Position numbers and translations under genes: made by a program
NCBI GenBank assembly: GCA_049325335.1
Contig: JBMOMC010000001.1
Span: 224,001-288,000 of the forward strand
Source: Nitrospirota bacterium
Lineage (GTDB): Bacteria; Nitrospirota; Nitrospiria; 2-01-FULL-66-17
Reading direction: 5' to 3'
DNA: 64,000 bases
In this document: in pieces, positions 1 to 9,965 of the stretch
How positions within the stretch are numbered: the first letter of the stretch is position 1
Layout of the letters: the number at the start of each line of letters is the position of its first letter
The notes under the pieces: generated by a model
What the model was told of the DNA's origin: nothing
Database searches by the model: none
The model's input: the letters and a program-made list of their open reading frames with translations, nothing else

Positions 1-966
1 GGAGGCGGACGCCAGACTTGGAAATCCGATCACATCCCCCGCCGCGTACACGTGCGGCACCGCGGTCTGGTAGTGCTCGTTGACCGCGATATGCCCGCTT
101 TTTTGCTCCGGCACGCCGATGCTCGCAAGGTTCAGGCCGTCGGTCGCGGCGGTGCGACCGGCCGCGCCCAACAACGCCTCGGTGTACACCGTCTTCCCGC
201 TCTTGAGACGGGTGCACACCTGCTCGCCGTCAACCACCTCCACCGACTCCACCTCTTCACCCAACTTGAACGTGGTTCCCATGTCGCGCATATGGAAACT
301 TAACGCCGCGGTAATTTCCTCGTCCATGAACCGCATGAGCTGTTTGCGACGGTCCACCAACGTCACTTTCGTTCCCAGGGCCGCAAAGATACACGCGTAT
401 TCGCACCCGATGACCCCGCCGCCCAACACCATCAGCGTCCGTGGAATCCGGTTGATCGTGAGAATCGTATCGCTGTCGAAAATCGGGGCCTCGACGCGTG
501 GCATGTACGAGGAATGGTTGGGCCGGCTGCCGCTGGCGATCAACACGTATTCGGCGCGCAGCTCCGTCTGGCCGCCCTCGGGGCCGGTCACCGTGATTCG
601 ATGCGAGTCCGCGAACGCGGCGCGCCCGCGGATGACCTGCACGTCGTTGCGCATCAACTGATCGGAGATGATCGCCCGTTCGTGATCGATCACCGTGTCT
701 TTTTGATACATCAGGTCGGCGAGCGTCGTGGCCTTGTCCAGCCGGCACGACACCCCGCGCAACATGCGTTTGCGAAAGCCCTGGTAAAACATCACGGTCT
801 CGCGCAAGGTTTTGCTGGGCAAGGTGCCGGTATACAGGCAGATGCCGCCGGGATGCGGCTCCTTCTCCACGATTGCGACCGTTTTCTTGAGCTTGGCCGC
901 CTGTACCGCGCCCTTCTGTCCCGCCGGGCCGGCCCCGATCACGACCAAATCAAACTGACGCGCCAT
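1..966 (-). CDS. sthA: Soluble pyridine nucleotide transhydrogenase (3' end runs off the window)
   Basis: My translation from ATG 966 gives MARQFDLVVIGAGPAGQKGAVQAAK...GGICLYTGTLPSKTLRE (FAD-binding GxGxxG, single-Cys SthA-type motif). A second GGGVIGCEYA dinucleotide motif follows. Absent from the ORF track because it is truncated. Confidence 0.88.
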   Translation of the reverse strand, partial: MARQFDLVVIGAGPAGQKGAVQAAKLKKTVAIVEKEPHPGGICLYTGTLPSKTLRETVMFYQGFRKRMLRGVSCRLDKATTLADLMYQKDTVIDHERAIISDQLMRNDVQVIRGRAAFADSHRITVTGPEGGQTELRAEYVLIASGSRPNHSSYMPRVEAPIFDSDTILTINRIPRTLMVLGGGVIGCEYACIFAALGTKVTLVDRRKQLMRFMDEEITAALSFHMRDMGTTFKLGEEVESVEVVDGEQVCTRLKSGKTVYTEALLGAAGRTAATDGLNLASIGVPEQKSGHIAVNEHYQTAVPHVYAAGDVIGFPSLASAS

Positions 967-1044
967 CACGCATCCCTCGCCGCACGCTACGGTTCACGAG
1001 TATAGCATTCCATTCTCGGATAGTCGGCTTTGCGAGACACGGGG

Positions 1045-1197
1045 CAGGGGCAGAAATAGAACGGGGCACTTCGAGACAAAGACGGTGGCGTGTCCTTCGA
1101 CAAGCTCAGGACGAACGGAGGTGACATTGAACTTACAAAAACTATCCCGTTCGTGGTGAGCCTGTCGAACCACGCTCAAGACTTCTTCTGCACCCTG
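1045..1197. repeat. Palindromic intergenic repeat / MITE-like element, copy 1
   Basis: Internal inverted pair CCTTCGACAAGCTCAGGACGAACGG...CCGTTCGTGGTGAGCCTGTCGAACCAC. Near-identical arms occur in the opposite orientation at 56519-56647. Imperfect terminal IR CAGGG(T)GCAGAA. Confidence 0.75.
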
Positions 1198-1953
1198 TTA
1201 CAGCTCGATCGCGTTGACGGACTCCGCGATGTGCGCCGGACGATAGGGAAACCGTTCGACCTCTTCGCGCCGCGTCACGCCGGTTAACACCAAAATAGTC
1301 TCCAGTCCGCTCTCGATGCCCGCGATCACGTCCGTGTCCATCCGATCCCCGACCATGATGGCGTTTTCAGAGTGCTCCTGGAGTTGGTGCAGCGCAGTGC
1401 GCATCATCAACGGGTTGGGCTTGCCCACGAAGTACGCCTGGCGACCGGTGGCCTTCTCCATGAGCGCGACCAACGCCCCGGTAGCGGGCACGATCCCGGA
1501 CTCGGTGGGACCGGTCACATCCGGATTCGTGGCGATGAACCGCGCGCCGCCCACGATCAGCCGGATGGCCTGCGTGATCCGCTGGTGATCGTAGTGCGCG
1601 GTATCTCCGACCACCACGTAGTCCGGCCGATCTTCCGTGATCACATAACCCACGTCGTGCAACGCGGCGACCAGGCCGGACTCGCCGATGACACACGCCG
1701 TGCCCTTGGGCCGCTGGCTATTGAGAAACCGCGCCGTGGCCAGCGCCGAAGTGTATATGTGTTCCGCCCCGACATTGAGCCCGATCTTCTTCAACCGGTG
1801 TTCCAGGTCTTTGGGTGTGCGCTCCGAATTGTTGGTGAGCACCAGGAACTTCCGCCCCTGCGCCGCCAACCGCTCAATAAACGCATCCGCCCCCGGCACC
1901 AACTGCGGTCCGCGAACCAGAACCCCGTCCATATCGATGAGGAAACTTTTCAT
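1198..1953 (-). CDS. nagD: HAD-IIA family hydrolase (NagD/UmpH-like)
   Basis: [18 protein letters not shown] and MVGDRMDTD motifs. Confidence 0.9.
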   Translation of the reverse strand: MKSFLIDMDGVLVRGPQLVPGADAFIERLAAQGRKFLVLTNNSERTPKDLEHRLKKIGLNVGAEHIYTSALATARFLNSQRPKGTACVIGESGLVAALHDVGYVITEDRPDYVVVGDTAHYDHQRITQAIRLIVGGARFIATNPDVTGPTESGIVPATGALVALMEKATGRQAYFVGKPNPLMMRTALHQLQEHSENAIMVGDRMDTDVIAGIESGLETILVLTGVTRREEVERFPYRPAHIAESVNAIEL

Positions 1954-2041
1954 CAAGCTCAGCATTGTTTCACATTACGCACCAGGGGCGACAGAACATT
2001 CCCCCCATTAGAGAGGTGACCCCGGGAAGCTTGTGCCCACC

Positions 2042-2647
2042 CTAATCCACAGGACGGAACGAGAGCCCATCAACAAACGCACTAGCCTCTGGAGCGAAAA
2101 GTGGTATCGACGTACCGAGCCTTGCTCGCTGTGCGTATCCAACGTGAATTAAGACACTCGGCGCATCGGGGTGCATACAATAGACTCCGCGAGCGGCGAC
2201 CGTTCTCTTCCGAAAAAACCTACCCTCCTCACCTTGAAGTGAATAGCTCGCGCAATACGGTCCTCGGGTTTCGTCTAAATCTTCGGCATGTTCCAGCAGC
2301 CTAATATGCCCTTCTGTCCATTCCTTCTTGTGAGTATCTCGAATGTACGCCAAGAACTCCTCAGGCGAAGAGAAATCGATGAGAACTGGGAGAGGCCCCG
2401 CCCATGCAGAGGTTTCGTAGTTCTGAGCACCAGCGTCTTTCTTAAACAGCACTACAGCGTCCCATTGTCGTGCGATATACCATCCGTCTCCCGGTGGTGG
2501 GACGATTGAGAAACCGAATAATGCTAACGGGGTTGTTTGGTCGCTGACCAGGCGATGAGCCAATGAGGAAGAACATCCCACAACTCCGAAACTCAGGACG
2601 GGCAAGAAGAACCATCGTTGTAGCAATTCTAGAAGCCAACTTTTCAT
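2042..2647 (-). CDS. Hypothetical lipoprotein (lower GC than flanks)
   Basis: 201 aa ORF with hydrophobic N-terminus and VVGC lipobox; 4-nt overlap with the upstream gene. Confidence 0.6.
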   Translation of the reverse strand: MKSWLLELLQRWFFLPVLSFGVVGCSSSLAHRLVSDQTTPLALFGFSIVPPPGDGWYIARQWDAVVLFKKDAGAQNYETSAWAGPLPVLIDFSSPEEFLAYIRDTHKKEWTEGHIRLLEHAEDLDETRGPYCASYSLQGEEGRFFRKRTVAARGVYCMHPDAPSVLIHVGYAQRARLGTSIPLFAPEASAFVDGLSFRPVD

Positions 2648-3189
2648 GGGTCAGGTTGGGCATTTAGTCGGTCTCGCTGCTGGCTAGTCCAACCTCTCCC
2701 CACAAACGTCGACTCTTCGGATCGAAGCGAGCGGGTCGTCGCAATTTCTCTCGACCCGACTTCCTCAGAGACCCGGTCAATCTGGGATGAGAACAGTCCG
2801 CCAAAACCCGGCAAAAATCTCAAGTAATAGGTTCTCCCGGGTTTTGCAATTAACCAATACATGCTGTCACCACCTTGCCACGAGGACGAGCGTTGCGTCT
2901 GAATGACGAACCCACCGGGTTCTAAAGCCGCCGCACTGTAACCGCCATTACGCAGGTGAACCGCTCGGACACCGTTTATCGTTATCCATGGAGCAGCCGC
3001 CCCTGACGCAAATTGCGCAGGCCGATAAATGTAGAGCAATGCCTTCGATGGCTCGGGGTGCATGACGGGCTCAAACATAGAGCCGTCCGCGTTACTACTC
3101 ATCAACGCATTTGGCGACGCGCAGGACGTAAGAATAGCCGCCATCGAAATCAGCACGATACTCATCACTATCCGAAAAGCGAATCGCAT
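2644..3189 (-). CDS. DUF2846-like lipoprotein
   Basis: LTSC lipobox; KALLYIYRP...LRNGGY...LEPG...PGRTYYL pattern typical of DUF2846. Confidence 0.7.
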   Translation of the reverse strand: MRFAFRIVMSIVLISMAAILTSCASPNALMSSNADGSMFEPVMHPEPSKALLYIYRPAQFASGAAAPWITINGVRAVHLRNGGYSAAALEPGGFVIQTQRSSSWQGGDSMYWLIAKPGRTYYLRFLPGFGGLFSSQIDRVSEEVGSREIATTRSLRSEESTFVGRGWTSQQRDRLNAQPDP

Positions 3190-3227
3190 ACAGAAAATAA
3201 GGTCCGACCTATTACCGGTCCCTTGGA

Positions 3228-3479
3228 TCAGCCGCGCGCTGTTTTCAGACGTCGGCGAGGACGTTTGGCCGAGCCAATAGTCTGTTGAGCCACTTCGATT
3301 AGGGAACTGCGCGCGTCGTTGACCACCCGCTCCGTTGGGAACGCCGCGGCAACCTCCGGTTTGAGCAGCACCAGGTTGGTTCCCACACGATAGGCCTTCG
3401 CGTATTTCCTCCGAGTGCCATTCCCGAGATCCTCTCGACGGTACTCGGGACGAAGCTCATCACGTTTAGCCTTCCTCAT
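3228..3479 (-). CDS. Putative antitoxin partner of the BrnT-type toxin (appears degenerate)
   Basis: MRKAKRDELRPEY...GTNLVLLKPEVAAAFPT..VND. Its ATG overlaps the end of the restored toxin frame. Confidence 0.6.
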   Translation of the reverse strand: MRKAKRDELRPEYRREDLGNGTRRKYAKAYRVGTNLVLLKPEVAAAFPTERVVNDARSSLIEVAQQTIGSAKRPRRRLKTARG

Positions 3480-3737
3480 AAATTTCCCTTTCACGCCTCG
3501 TGACCAACCGGGCACGGATGTTCGCACCTTACGGCCTCGGTCGGTGTGGGCAACGACGATCAAATGATTCGACCGAAAGACTCCGAACGTCACAGATCGC
3601 TGCTCGGTTTCTGAATGATCGGGGTCCGAGAATGTGATCGCCAACGGATCTCCGAACACCGTCGCGGCTTCATGAAACGATACACCATGTTTCTTCCTAT
3701 TTGCGGCCGCTTTTCTTTCGTCCCACTCAAATTCCAT
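3466..3737 (-). pseudogene. brnT: BrnT/DUF497 ribonuclease toxin, frameshifted near 3520
   Basis: MEFEWDERKAAANRKKHGVSFHEAATVFGDP. Restoring one base gives VRIIRARLVTRREREIYEEG*, matching the usual RIISAR-type C-terminus. Confidence 0.75.
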
Positions 3738-3765
3738 GACCGTGGCCCTTACTCTTCGCCGCTGG

Positions 3766-4266
3766 TCACCGGTAGTTCGTAAACTGCAGCGGTATCCCGA
3801 AGTCTTTGGCCTTCAGAAACGCGATCACGGTCTGTAGTTCGTCGCGACTCTTGCTGGTGACGCGGAGTTGGTCGCCTTGGATCTGGGCTTGGACTTTGAA
3901 TTTGGCGTCGCGGATCGCCTTGGTGATGTCTTTGGCTTTCTCGGACGCGATACCCTGGGTGATCGTGATTTTTTGGCGCACGGTGCCGGCGAGGGCGTGT
4001 TCGACCTTGCCGTAGTCCAGCGACTGAATCGAGACGCCGCGCTTGATGAGTTTGTTTTGCAGGATGTCGATTACGCTCTTGAGTTTCGCATCATCGTCCG
4101 AGAGGAGCACCAGCGCGGTCTCGTTCTCCTCCAACGTCACCTTGCTCTTGCTGCCCTTGAAATCAAACCGCTGAGTGATCTCCTTCATGGTCTGATCCAG
4201 CGCGTTTTTGACTTCCTGGATATTGACCTCGGAGACGACGTCGAACGAGTTCTGATCCGCCATCAC
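3766..4266 (-). CDS. yajQ: YajQ family nucleotide/c-di-GMP-binding protein
   Basis: SFDVVSEV...RFDFKGS...[17 protein letters not shown]...LQFTNYR. Confidence 0.95.
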   Translation of the reverse strand: MMADQNSFDVVSEVNIQEVKNALDQTMKEITQRFDFKGSKSKVTLEENETALVLLSDDDAKLKSVIDILQNKLIKRGVSIQSLDYGKVEHALAGTVRQKITITQGIASEKAKDITKAIRDAKFKVQAQIQGDQLRVTSKSRDELQTVIAFLKAKDFGIPLQFTNYR

Positions 4267-7200
4267 ACACCTCCCGGTTCGGACGCACGATCCGCCACTG
4301 TCGGTTGTTTCGGTTCCCGATCCACCTGTTCCGCGCCTTCGACCCGATTGCCGCCGTTCTGTTGCGCGCGTTTGAGCGCGCGGTCGGCCGAGGCGAGTAC
4401 GTGGTCCGCGGTTTCGCCGTCCGCCAGGAATGTGGCCACCCCGCCGCTCACGGTGAGGCGGCCGACCCGTTCATGGCCGGACGATGTCGGCTCCATCCCC
4501 CGCGTGGCGAACGATGTTTCAGCGACCAGTCGCCGCAATTTGTCCGCCACGAACCGCGCGCCGTCCTTGGACGTCTCGGCCAGCAACACGGCGAACGTCG
4601 ACGGGCCGTAGCGGCAAATCGGATTCGCCGAACGCGTGTGCCGTCGCAACACGTCGGCCACTTCCCGCAGCAGGCGTTCTGCTCCCGACGCCCCGCCCAA
4701 CGAGGCCCGCGCGCCCGCGTCGGGCTCGAACAACACGACCGAAAACGGACGGTGCAGCCGCCACGCGCGATCGACTTCTTCGGCCAAACAATGTCGGAGA
4801 TAGCGGCTCGTGTACAGGCGGGTGGCGAGATCCACCAGTCCCGCGCGATGGGGAAGCGCGCGCTCCAAGCGGTGGCCCGCGCCGAGCAGCTCGTCTCGGA
4901 TCAACTCTCCGTTCGCCGCGGCGTGGCGCGCCTGCGCCGCCAGACGCAGCCACGTCTCCGCGGCGGTATGGTCCGGTAGGGCGAACGCCAACGGCGCGCC
5001 GCGCGCGACCGTATGGTGGGCCATCCGTTGCGCAATGCCGAACGGATCGGCCTCGCACACATCAACGATCACCAGGTCGGGTGACAATTCTCCGGCCGCG
5101 GTCGCCACGTCCTCGGACGTCGCGTGGTGTACGCCCACGCCGTCGTGGCCCAGCGCCTCCGCAAGCCGCGCGGTCGCGTCCTTGTCGGCCACGACCAGCA
5201 CCGTGGGGGGCCGACGCTTGACTGCGCGCAGGACGCCCAGGCCCCGCAACACCGCGCGCACCGCGTCCGCCGACGGCGGAGACGGGACCCCACCGACGGC
5301 GGCCGGCGCACACGCGCGCAGACCGTCCTCGGAGACCGCCAGCCAGACCACCGGCACGTCGCTCGCGTGGCGTAACGCGCTCATCGCGGCGCGCGAGGCC
5401 GGGTGATCGCCCACCTCAACCATCACGGCGAACGGCCGCGTGGGCCGCGCGCTCACGGTGGCCACATCATCGGGCGCGACGGCCTGCGCCTCGTACCCCT
5501 CGCCGTCCATGCTTTTACGGACCTGTTTCAACGTCCGCGCCGAGCCCACTACCGCGATTTTTGGCACGTTGCGCGCCACGAGCGAACGGGCGGCGGCGGT
5601 GGCCACCAGCGACTCCATCACCGCCTCCATGATGCCCGCGGGCCGCGGACGAACCGACGCGGATTCGACCGTGCGGCCGCGCGGCAACAGCACGGTGAAG
5701 CGACTGCCGAACCCCGCGCGGCTCTCGGCCCAGATCCGGCCACCCTGCAGTTCCACCAACCGCTTGGCGATGGCCAACCCCAGACCCGTGCCGGGGTGAT
5801 CCCGCGTGGGGCTCCCGTCCACCTGGTGAAACTCCTGGAAAATTCGGTCCAGATCCTCGGGGGCGATCCCGATGCCCGTGTCCTCGACGCGGATCTCGAC
5901 CGCGTCGGAGTCCACCCCGTGGTCAACGCCCTGAATCCGCACCGTCACGACGCCGCCGGGAGGGGTGAACTTGACCGCGTTCGACACCAGGTTGAGGAGC
6001 ACCTGTTTGACCAACCCCTCGTCCGCGAAGGCGATTACCGGCGCGTCGTCGAGTTCCGTGACGAGGCGCAAGTGCTGCTTGTCGATCAACGGCCCGAGCG
6101 TATCGCCCACCCGGCCGGCCAGCGGGCGGAGGTCGAACGCGCTCGCGTGCCATTCCAGTTTCCCGGCCTTGATTTTCGACAGATCGAGCACGTTGTTAAT
6201 CATGCCCAGCAGGTCGCGGCCGCTGTCCAACATGATCCGCACATACCGTTCCTGCTCCGGCGTGAGCGGGCCCGGAATACGACCCAGCAACAGCTCGGAA
6301 AACCCGATGATCGCAGTCAAAGGAATCCGCAGTTCGTGCCCGACGTTCGAGAGAAATTCGGTCTTGAGGCGATCGAGCTGCTCGAATTCCTTCACCAGGG
6401 CGCAGGCGCGTTCATATAGCCCGGCGTTCTCCAACGCGGTGCCGACCTGGCTGCCGATCGACGTCAACAGGTTCAGGTCCTGCGGCGTAAACGTCCTCGG
6501 GTCGCGACTAGCCACCGCCAACGTGCCCACCAGGTGGCCCTTGGCCATGACCGGCACGCACGCGGCGGCGCGAAATCCCTGCGCGAATAACACGGCCTCG
6601 CCCGCGTCGCCCAACCCGCCGATCGCCGCGTCGGCTGTGAGCGGCGCGCCGCGCGCGGCGACCCGGCCGGACAACCCTTCTCCTTGCGGGCAGACCGCCA
6701 ACGCCTCTAGCGCGCCCGTCGGCACGCCGCGATGCGCGCGCAAGGTCAACCCGCGCGCGTCCAGCAGCCGAATAAACGCCGCCTCCACATTCAACGCCAG
6801 CGGCAGGCGATCCAGCACGCTGCCCAAGATTTCATCGGGATCCAATGATCGGTTGACGGTCACCGCCACGGTATTGACCGCGGTCAACGCCATGGTGCGG
6901 TCCGCAACCGTTTGCTCGAGCGTGCGGTGCGACTCCGCGAGCCGAGCCGCCATCAAGTTGAAGGCCGCGGCCAGTTGCGCCAAGTCCAGTTCGGCCGGCA
7001 CGTTCAACCGATGGTCGAGGTCCCCCTCTCCGATCCGCCGCACGCCGTCGCGTAGCGCCCGAATCGGGCGCGACAAGACGCGCGACCCCCCGATGGCGAT
7101 CGCCACCGCCAATCCGACCGACACCGCATAGAGCGTCGGCCCGGTCCACGCGGGCCATTGCGCCAACCCGTGCCGCGAGGCCCACAATGTGACGGTCGCC

Positions 7201-7331
7201 GCAGTGAGCGGCGCGACCCCCGCGGTCAACATCGCGGCCACGATGGCGCCGCGATACCCGATCAACGGACGCGCGGAACGGCGACGTCCCGCGGCGGCCT
7301 CGCGCCGTGAGGGCTCAGTCACGGGATTCAA
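4263..7331 (-). CDS. Membrane hybrid sensor kinase: TM-HAMP-GAF-HisKA-HATPase-degenerate REC region-degenerate GGDEF
   Basis: GHELRIPL H-box, [10 protein letters not shown]-box, DTGIGI and GTGLGL G-boxes. C-terminal D..TRLY...RYGPSTF...LTVSGGVA...AD.AL..AQ.NG.NRV GGDEF-like fold. Confidence 0.85.
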   Translation of the reverse strand: MNPVTEPSRREAAAGRRRSARPLIGYRGAIVAAMLTAGVAPLTAATVTLWASRHGLAQWPAWTGPTLYAVSVGLAVAIAIGGSRVLSRPIRALRDGVRRIGEGDLDHRLNVPAELDLAQLAAAFNLMAARLAESHRTLEQTVADRTMALTAVNTVAVTVNRSLDPDEILGSVLDRLPLALNVEAAFIRLLDARGLTLRAHRGVPTGALEALAVCPQGEGLSGRVAARGAPLTADAAIGGLGDAGEAVLFAQGFRAAACVPVMAKGHLVGTLAVASRDPRTFTPQDLNLLTSIGSQVGTALENAGLYERACALVKEFEQLDRLKTEFLSNVGHELRIPLTAIIGFSELLLGRIPGPLTPEQERYVRIMLDSGRDLLGMINNVLDLSKIKAGKLEWHASAFDLRPLAGRVGDTLGPLIDKQHLRLVTELDDAPVIAFADEGLVKQVLLNLVSNAVKFTPPGGVVTVRIQGVDHGVDSDAVEIRVEDTGIGIAPEDLDRIFQEFHQVDGSPTRDHPGTGLGLAIAKRLVELQGGRIWAESRAGFGSRFTVLLPRGRTVESASVRPRPAGIMEAVMESLVATAAARSLVARNVPKIAVVGSARTLKQVRKSMDGEGYEAQAVAPDDVATVSARPTRPFAVMVEVGDHPASRAAMSALRHASDVPVVWLAVSEDGLRACAPAAVGGVPSPPSADAVRAVLRGLGVLRAVKRRPPTVLVVADKDATARLAEALGHDGVGVHHATSEDVATAAGELSPDLVIVDVCEADPFGIAQRMAHHTVARGAPLAFALPDHTAAETWLRLAAQARHAAANGELIRDELLGAGHRLERALPHRAGLVDLATRLYTSRYLRHCLAEEVDRAWRLHRPFSVVLFEPDAGARASLGGASGAERLLREVADVLRRHTRSANPICRYGPSTFAVLLAETSKDGARFVADKLRRLVAETSFATRGMEPTSSGHERVGRLTVSGGVATFLADGETADHVLASADRALKRAQQNGGNRVEGAEQVDREPKQPTVADRASEPGGV

Positions 7332-8169
7332 ACCCCCGAACCGCGAGCCAGAGCATCGCGACGCCGAACGCCCCCATTACGACCAAATCTTGCAGCACTT
7401 CGAAGCGATGAAACCCGATGAGCACGGACCGCAACGCGTCCACGCCGTAGGTCAACGGATTGAGGTTCACGAGCACGGACATCCACCGGGGCAACCCGTC
7501 CATCGGAAACATCGCCCCCGATAAAAAGAACATGGGCAGCGTCAAAAAATTCATGATCACGGTAAACCCTTGCATGGAGCGCATGCGCGAGGCGGCCGCG
7601 ATCCCCATCGCGGTGAGCGAGACCGAGATGTACAGCAGCAACGGCAACAACGCCAACGCGGACGTCCACGAGAACTGAATCTGCAAAAACGGCGCGAATA
7701 ATAACATCAAACACCCTTGGAGCATAGCCACCGTGCTGCCGCCCAGGGTTTTGCCCACCGCCACTGCGGCGCGGGAAATGGGCGCCACCATCACCTCTTT
7801 GAGAAATCCGATTTCTCGGTCCCAAATAATCGAGATGGCCGAAAACACCGACGTAAACAGCAACGTCATCGCGATGATGCCGGGATAGATGAACGTCAGA
7901 TAGTCGGGGACTCCGGGCGCGAATTCGCGGCCCGTGGGCTCCACGTTGAACGCGTGCGGGATCCCCTTGCCGATCCCGGTTCCCAGCAACAACAAAAACA
8001 GCGCGGGTTGGACCGTGGCGCCGATGATGCGCGGCTTGTCGCGCCAAAACTTGACCACCTCGCGCAGCCAGATCGTGTAGATCCCCGAAACGTCGTCCTT
8101 CCACCGGCCGGACGCCACGGCGTCTGACGGTTCGGCGTGGACGCCTTCCGCGCCGCCGGATCGGCTCAT
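7315..8169 (-). CDS. ABC-2 type exporter permease
   Basis: DREIGFLKEVMVAP, PMFFLSGAMFP and NPLTYGVDALR motifs; multiple TM segments. Confidence 0.9.
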   Translation of the reverse strand: MSRSGGAEGVHAEPSDAVASGRWKDDVSGIYTIWLREVVKFWRDKPRIIGATVQPALFLLLLGTGIGKGIPHAFNVEPTGREFAPGVPDYLTFIYPGIIAMTLLFTSVFSAISIIWDREIGFLKEVMVAPISRAAVAVGKTLGGSTVAMLQGCLMLLFAPFLQIQFSWTSALALLPLLLYISVSLTAMGIAAASRMRSMQGFTVIMNFLTLPMFFLSGAMFPMDGLPRWMSVLVNLNPLTYGVDALRSVLIGFHRFEVLQDLVVMGAFGVAMLWLAVRGFESRD

Positions 8170-9119
8170 GCCGCGCCCCGCGAGCCGTCGCCTTCGCTCC
8201 GCAGGTGCCGGCCGGTCTTGTGCAAGAACACGTCTTCCAACGTCGGCCGCGTGAGATTCACACTGGTCACGTCAAAGGTTGCCTGCTTAATGAACGCGGG
8301 GAGGAACTCGTCGCCGTTGGGCACCTCGAACGCCAGTTCGCGCTCGCGCACCATCACCGGCGACAGTCCCCGGCTGTAGAGGAACTCCCGCGCGCGGTCG
8401 ATGTGGTGCGTGGTGATGGAAATTCGATCCCCGCCCGCGGCTTTCTTCAGTCCCGAAGGGGTATCGAGCGCAATCAGTTTCCCGTAGTCGATAATCGCGA
8501 TCCGGCCGCAGTGTTCGGCCTCCTCCATATAATGCGTGGTCAGAAAAATCGTGACCCCTTCCGTGTCCCGCAGTTCGTGGATGTAGTTCCAAATGAGGCA
8601 CCGGGTCTGGGGGTCCAGACCCAAGGTCGGTTCGTCCAGGAACAAGATCCGGGGGTGGTGAATCAGACCGCGCGCGATTTCCAACCGTCGTTTCATGCCC
8701 CCGGAAAAATTCTTGACCAAATCGTCGCGGCGGGTCATCAGCTCGACCATCTCCAGCATCTGGGCGATCCGTCGGGTCGCTACCTCGCGCGGCACGCGGT
8801 ACAATCGCGCGTGAAAATCCAGGTTCTCCTGCGCGGTCAACCGCTCGTCCAAGCTCGGGTCCTGGAACACCAGCCCGATGGACTTGCGGACCATGTGCGG
8901 CTGCGCGACGATGTCGAACCCGTTGAGAATCGCGGTCCCCGCGGTCGGCTGGAGCAACGTGCAGAGCATGCCGATGGTCGTAGTTTTTCCCGCGCCGTTC
9001 GGCCCCAAGAACCCGAAAACCTCCCCACGCTCCACCGTGAACGAGACATCGTCCACGGCCGTCACCGACCTTTTTTTCGTTTGAAAGATGCGCCGGAGGC
9101 GGCGCACGTCGATCATCAT
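8166..9119 (-). CDS. ABC exporter ATP-binding protein (DrrA-like)
   Basis: GPNGAGKTT, FSGGMKRR, LFLDEPT and TTHYMEEA motifs. Confidence 0.92.
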   Translation of the reverse strand: MMIDVRRLRRIFQTKKRSVTAVDDVSFTVERGEVFGFLGPNGAGKTTTIGMLCTLLQPTAGTAILNGFDIVAQPHMVRKSIGLVFQDPSLDERLTAQENLDFHARLYRVPREVATRRIAQMLEMVELMTRRDDLVKNFSGGMKRRLEIARGLIHHPRILFLDEPTLGLDPQTRCLIWNYIHELRDTEGVTIFLTTHYMEEAEHCGRIAIIDYGKLIALDTPSGLKKAAGGDRISITTHHIDRAREFLYSRGLSPVMVRERELAFEVPNGDEFLPAFIKQATFDVTSVNLTRPTLEDVFLHKTGRHLRSEGDGSRGAA

Positions 9120-9173
9120 AATATTGGTGTAGCCAGTGCCTTTCGAGACATCCAGCCGCGTCTTTACGTGGCT

Positions 9174-9298
9174 GGAGCCTGTTCAGGAGGTGCCAGATGC
9201 AAGGCGCCGCGAGCACCGGAGCGGAGCGTACGTTGTAAGTACGTGAGCACCGGGTGCGCAGCGGCAACGCCGCAGATGGCACCTCCTGAACAGGCTCC
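9174..9298. mobile_element. MITE-like element with perfect 22-bp terminal inverted repeats
   Basis: GGAGCCTGTTCAGGAGGTGCCA (9174-9195) and TGGCACCTCCTGAACAGGCTCC (9277-9298); internal CGTAC..GTACG palindrome; no coding capacity. Confidence 0.7.
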
Positions 9299-9299
9299 T

Positions 9300-9965
9300 C
9301 TACCGGAGTGTCGGGGTTTCGACGACTTCTATCCCCGCCGGTACGCTGAACGAGAACAGCGACGCCTCCAGCTTCGGGTTCACCGCCAGCTTCGAGAACA
9401 CGAACGACGACACGTTGCCGTTCTTCGGATGCAAGGCGATGGACGTCACCACGCGGCGTTGCGCGTCCACGCCCACGGTCACGTGGTCCAAATCCGCCAC
9501 CGCGCGCTTGGGTTCAAGCCGTAGTCGATACTCCGCGTCCCGCCGTGGCGACGCCGGATCCTCCCACGAGACCACGAAGTCCTGGTCCAACCGCTCCAGG
9601 GTCATCAGCAGGTGCAGGGGAATCTGGTCGTCGTTCTCCGGCGTGAGCGTGCTGACGATGACCTGTTTGTGCGCCGGAATGTAATACTGGATGCGGCCTT
9701 CGTTCACGTAAATCTGCTGGTTGCTCGGCTCGGTGTAGTCCCACCGCATCTTGCCCTTGGCCAGATACACTTTGCCCTTGGCCTGGATCGTGGTGGAAAA
9801 CCCGGTCACGGTCGTGCTCTGCGCAAAGTCCGCGGACAGGTCGGCCAAAGCGTGATACGTCTCGCGCACGCCGGAGACGACGTCGGCCGGGGTGGGCGGC
9901 GCGGCGCCGCCGAGGGTCCCAGCCGCCGCGATCGCGAGCGCCCAACGCGCCCACTGTGACCTCAT
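9300..9965 (-). CDS. lolA: Outer-membrane lipoprotein carrier protein
   Basis: Signal peptide, LSADFAQ...GKMRWDYTEP...FSFSVPAGIEV; directly downstream of ftsK. Confidence 0.85.
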   Translation of the reverse strand: MRSQWARWALAIAAAGTLGGAAPPTPADVVSGVRETYHALADLSADFAQSTTVTGFSTTIQAKGKVYLAKGKMRWDYTEPSNQQIYVNEGRIQYYIPAHKQVIVSTLTPENDDQIPLHLLMTLERLDQDFVVSWEDPASPRRDAEYRLRLEPKRAVADLDHVTVGVDAQRRVVTSIALHPKNGNVSSFVFSKLAVNPKLEASLFSFSVPAGIEVVETPTLR

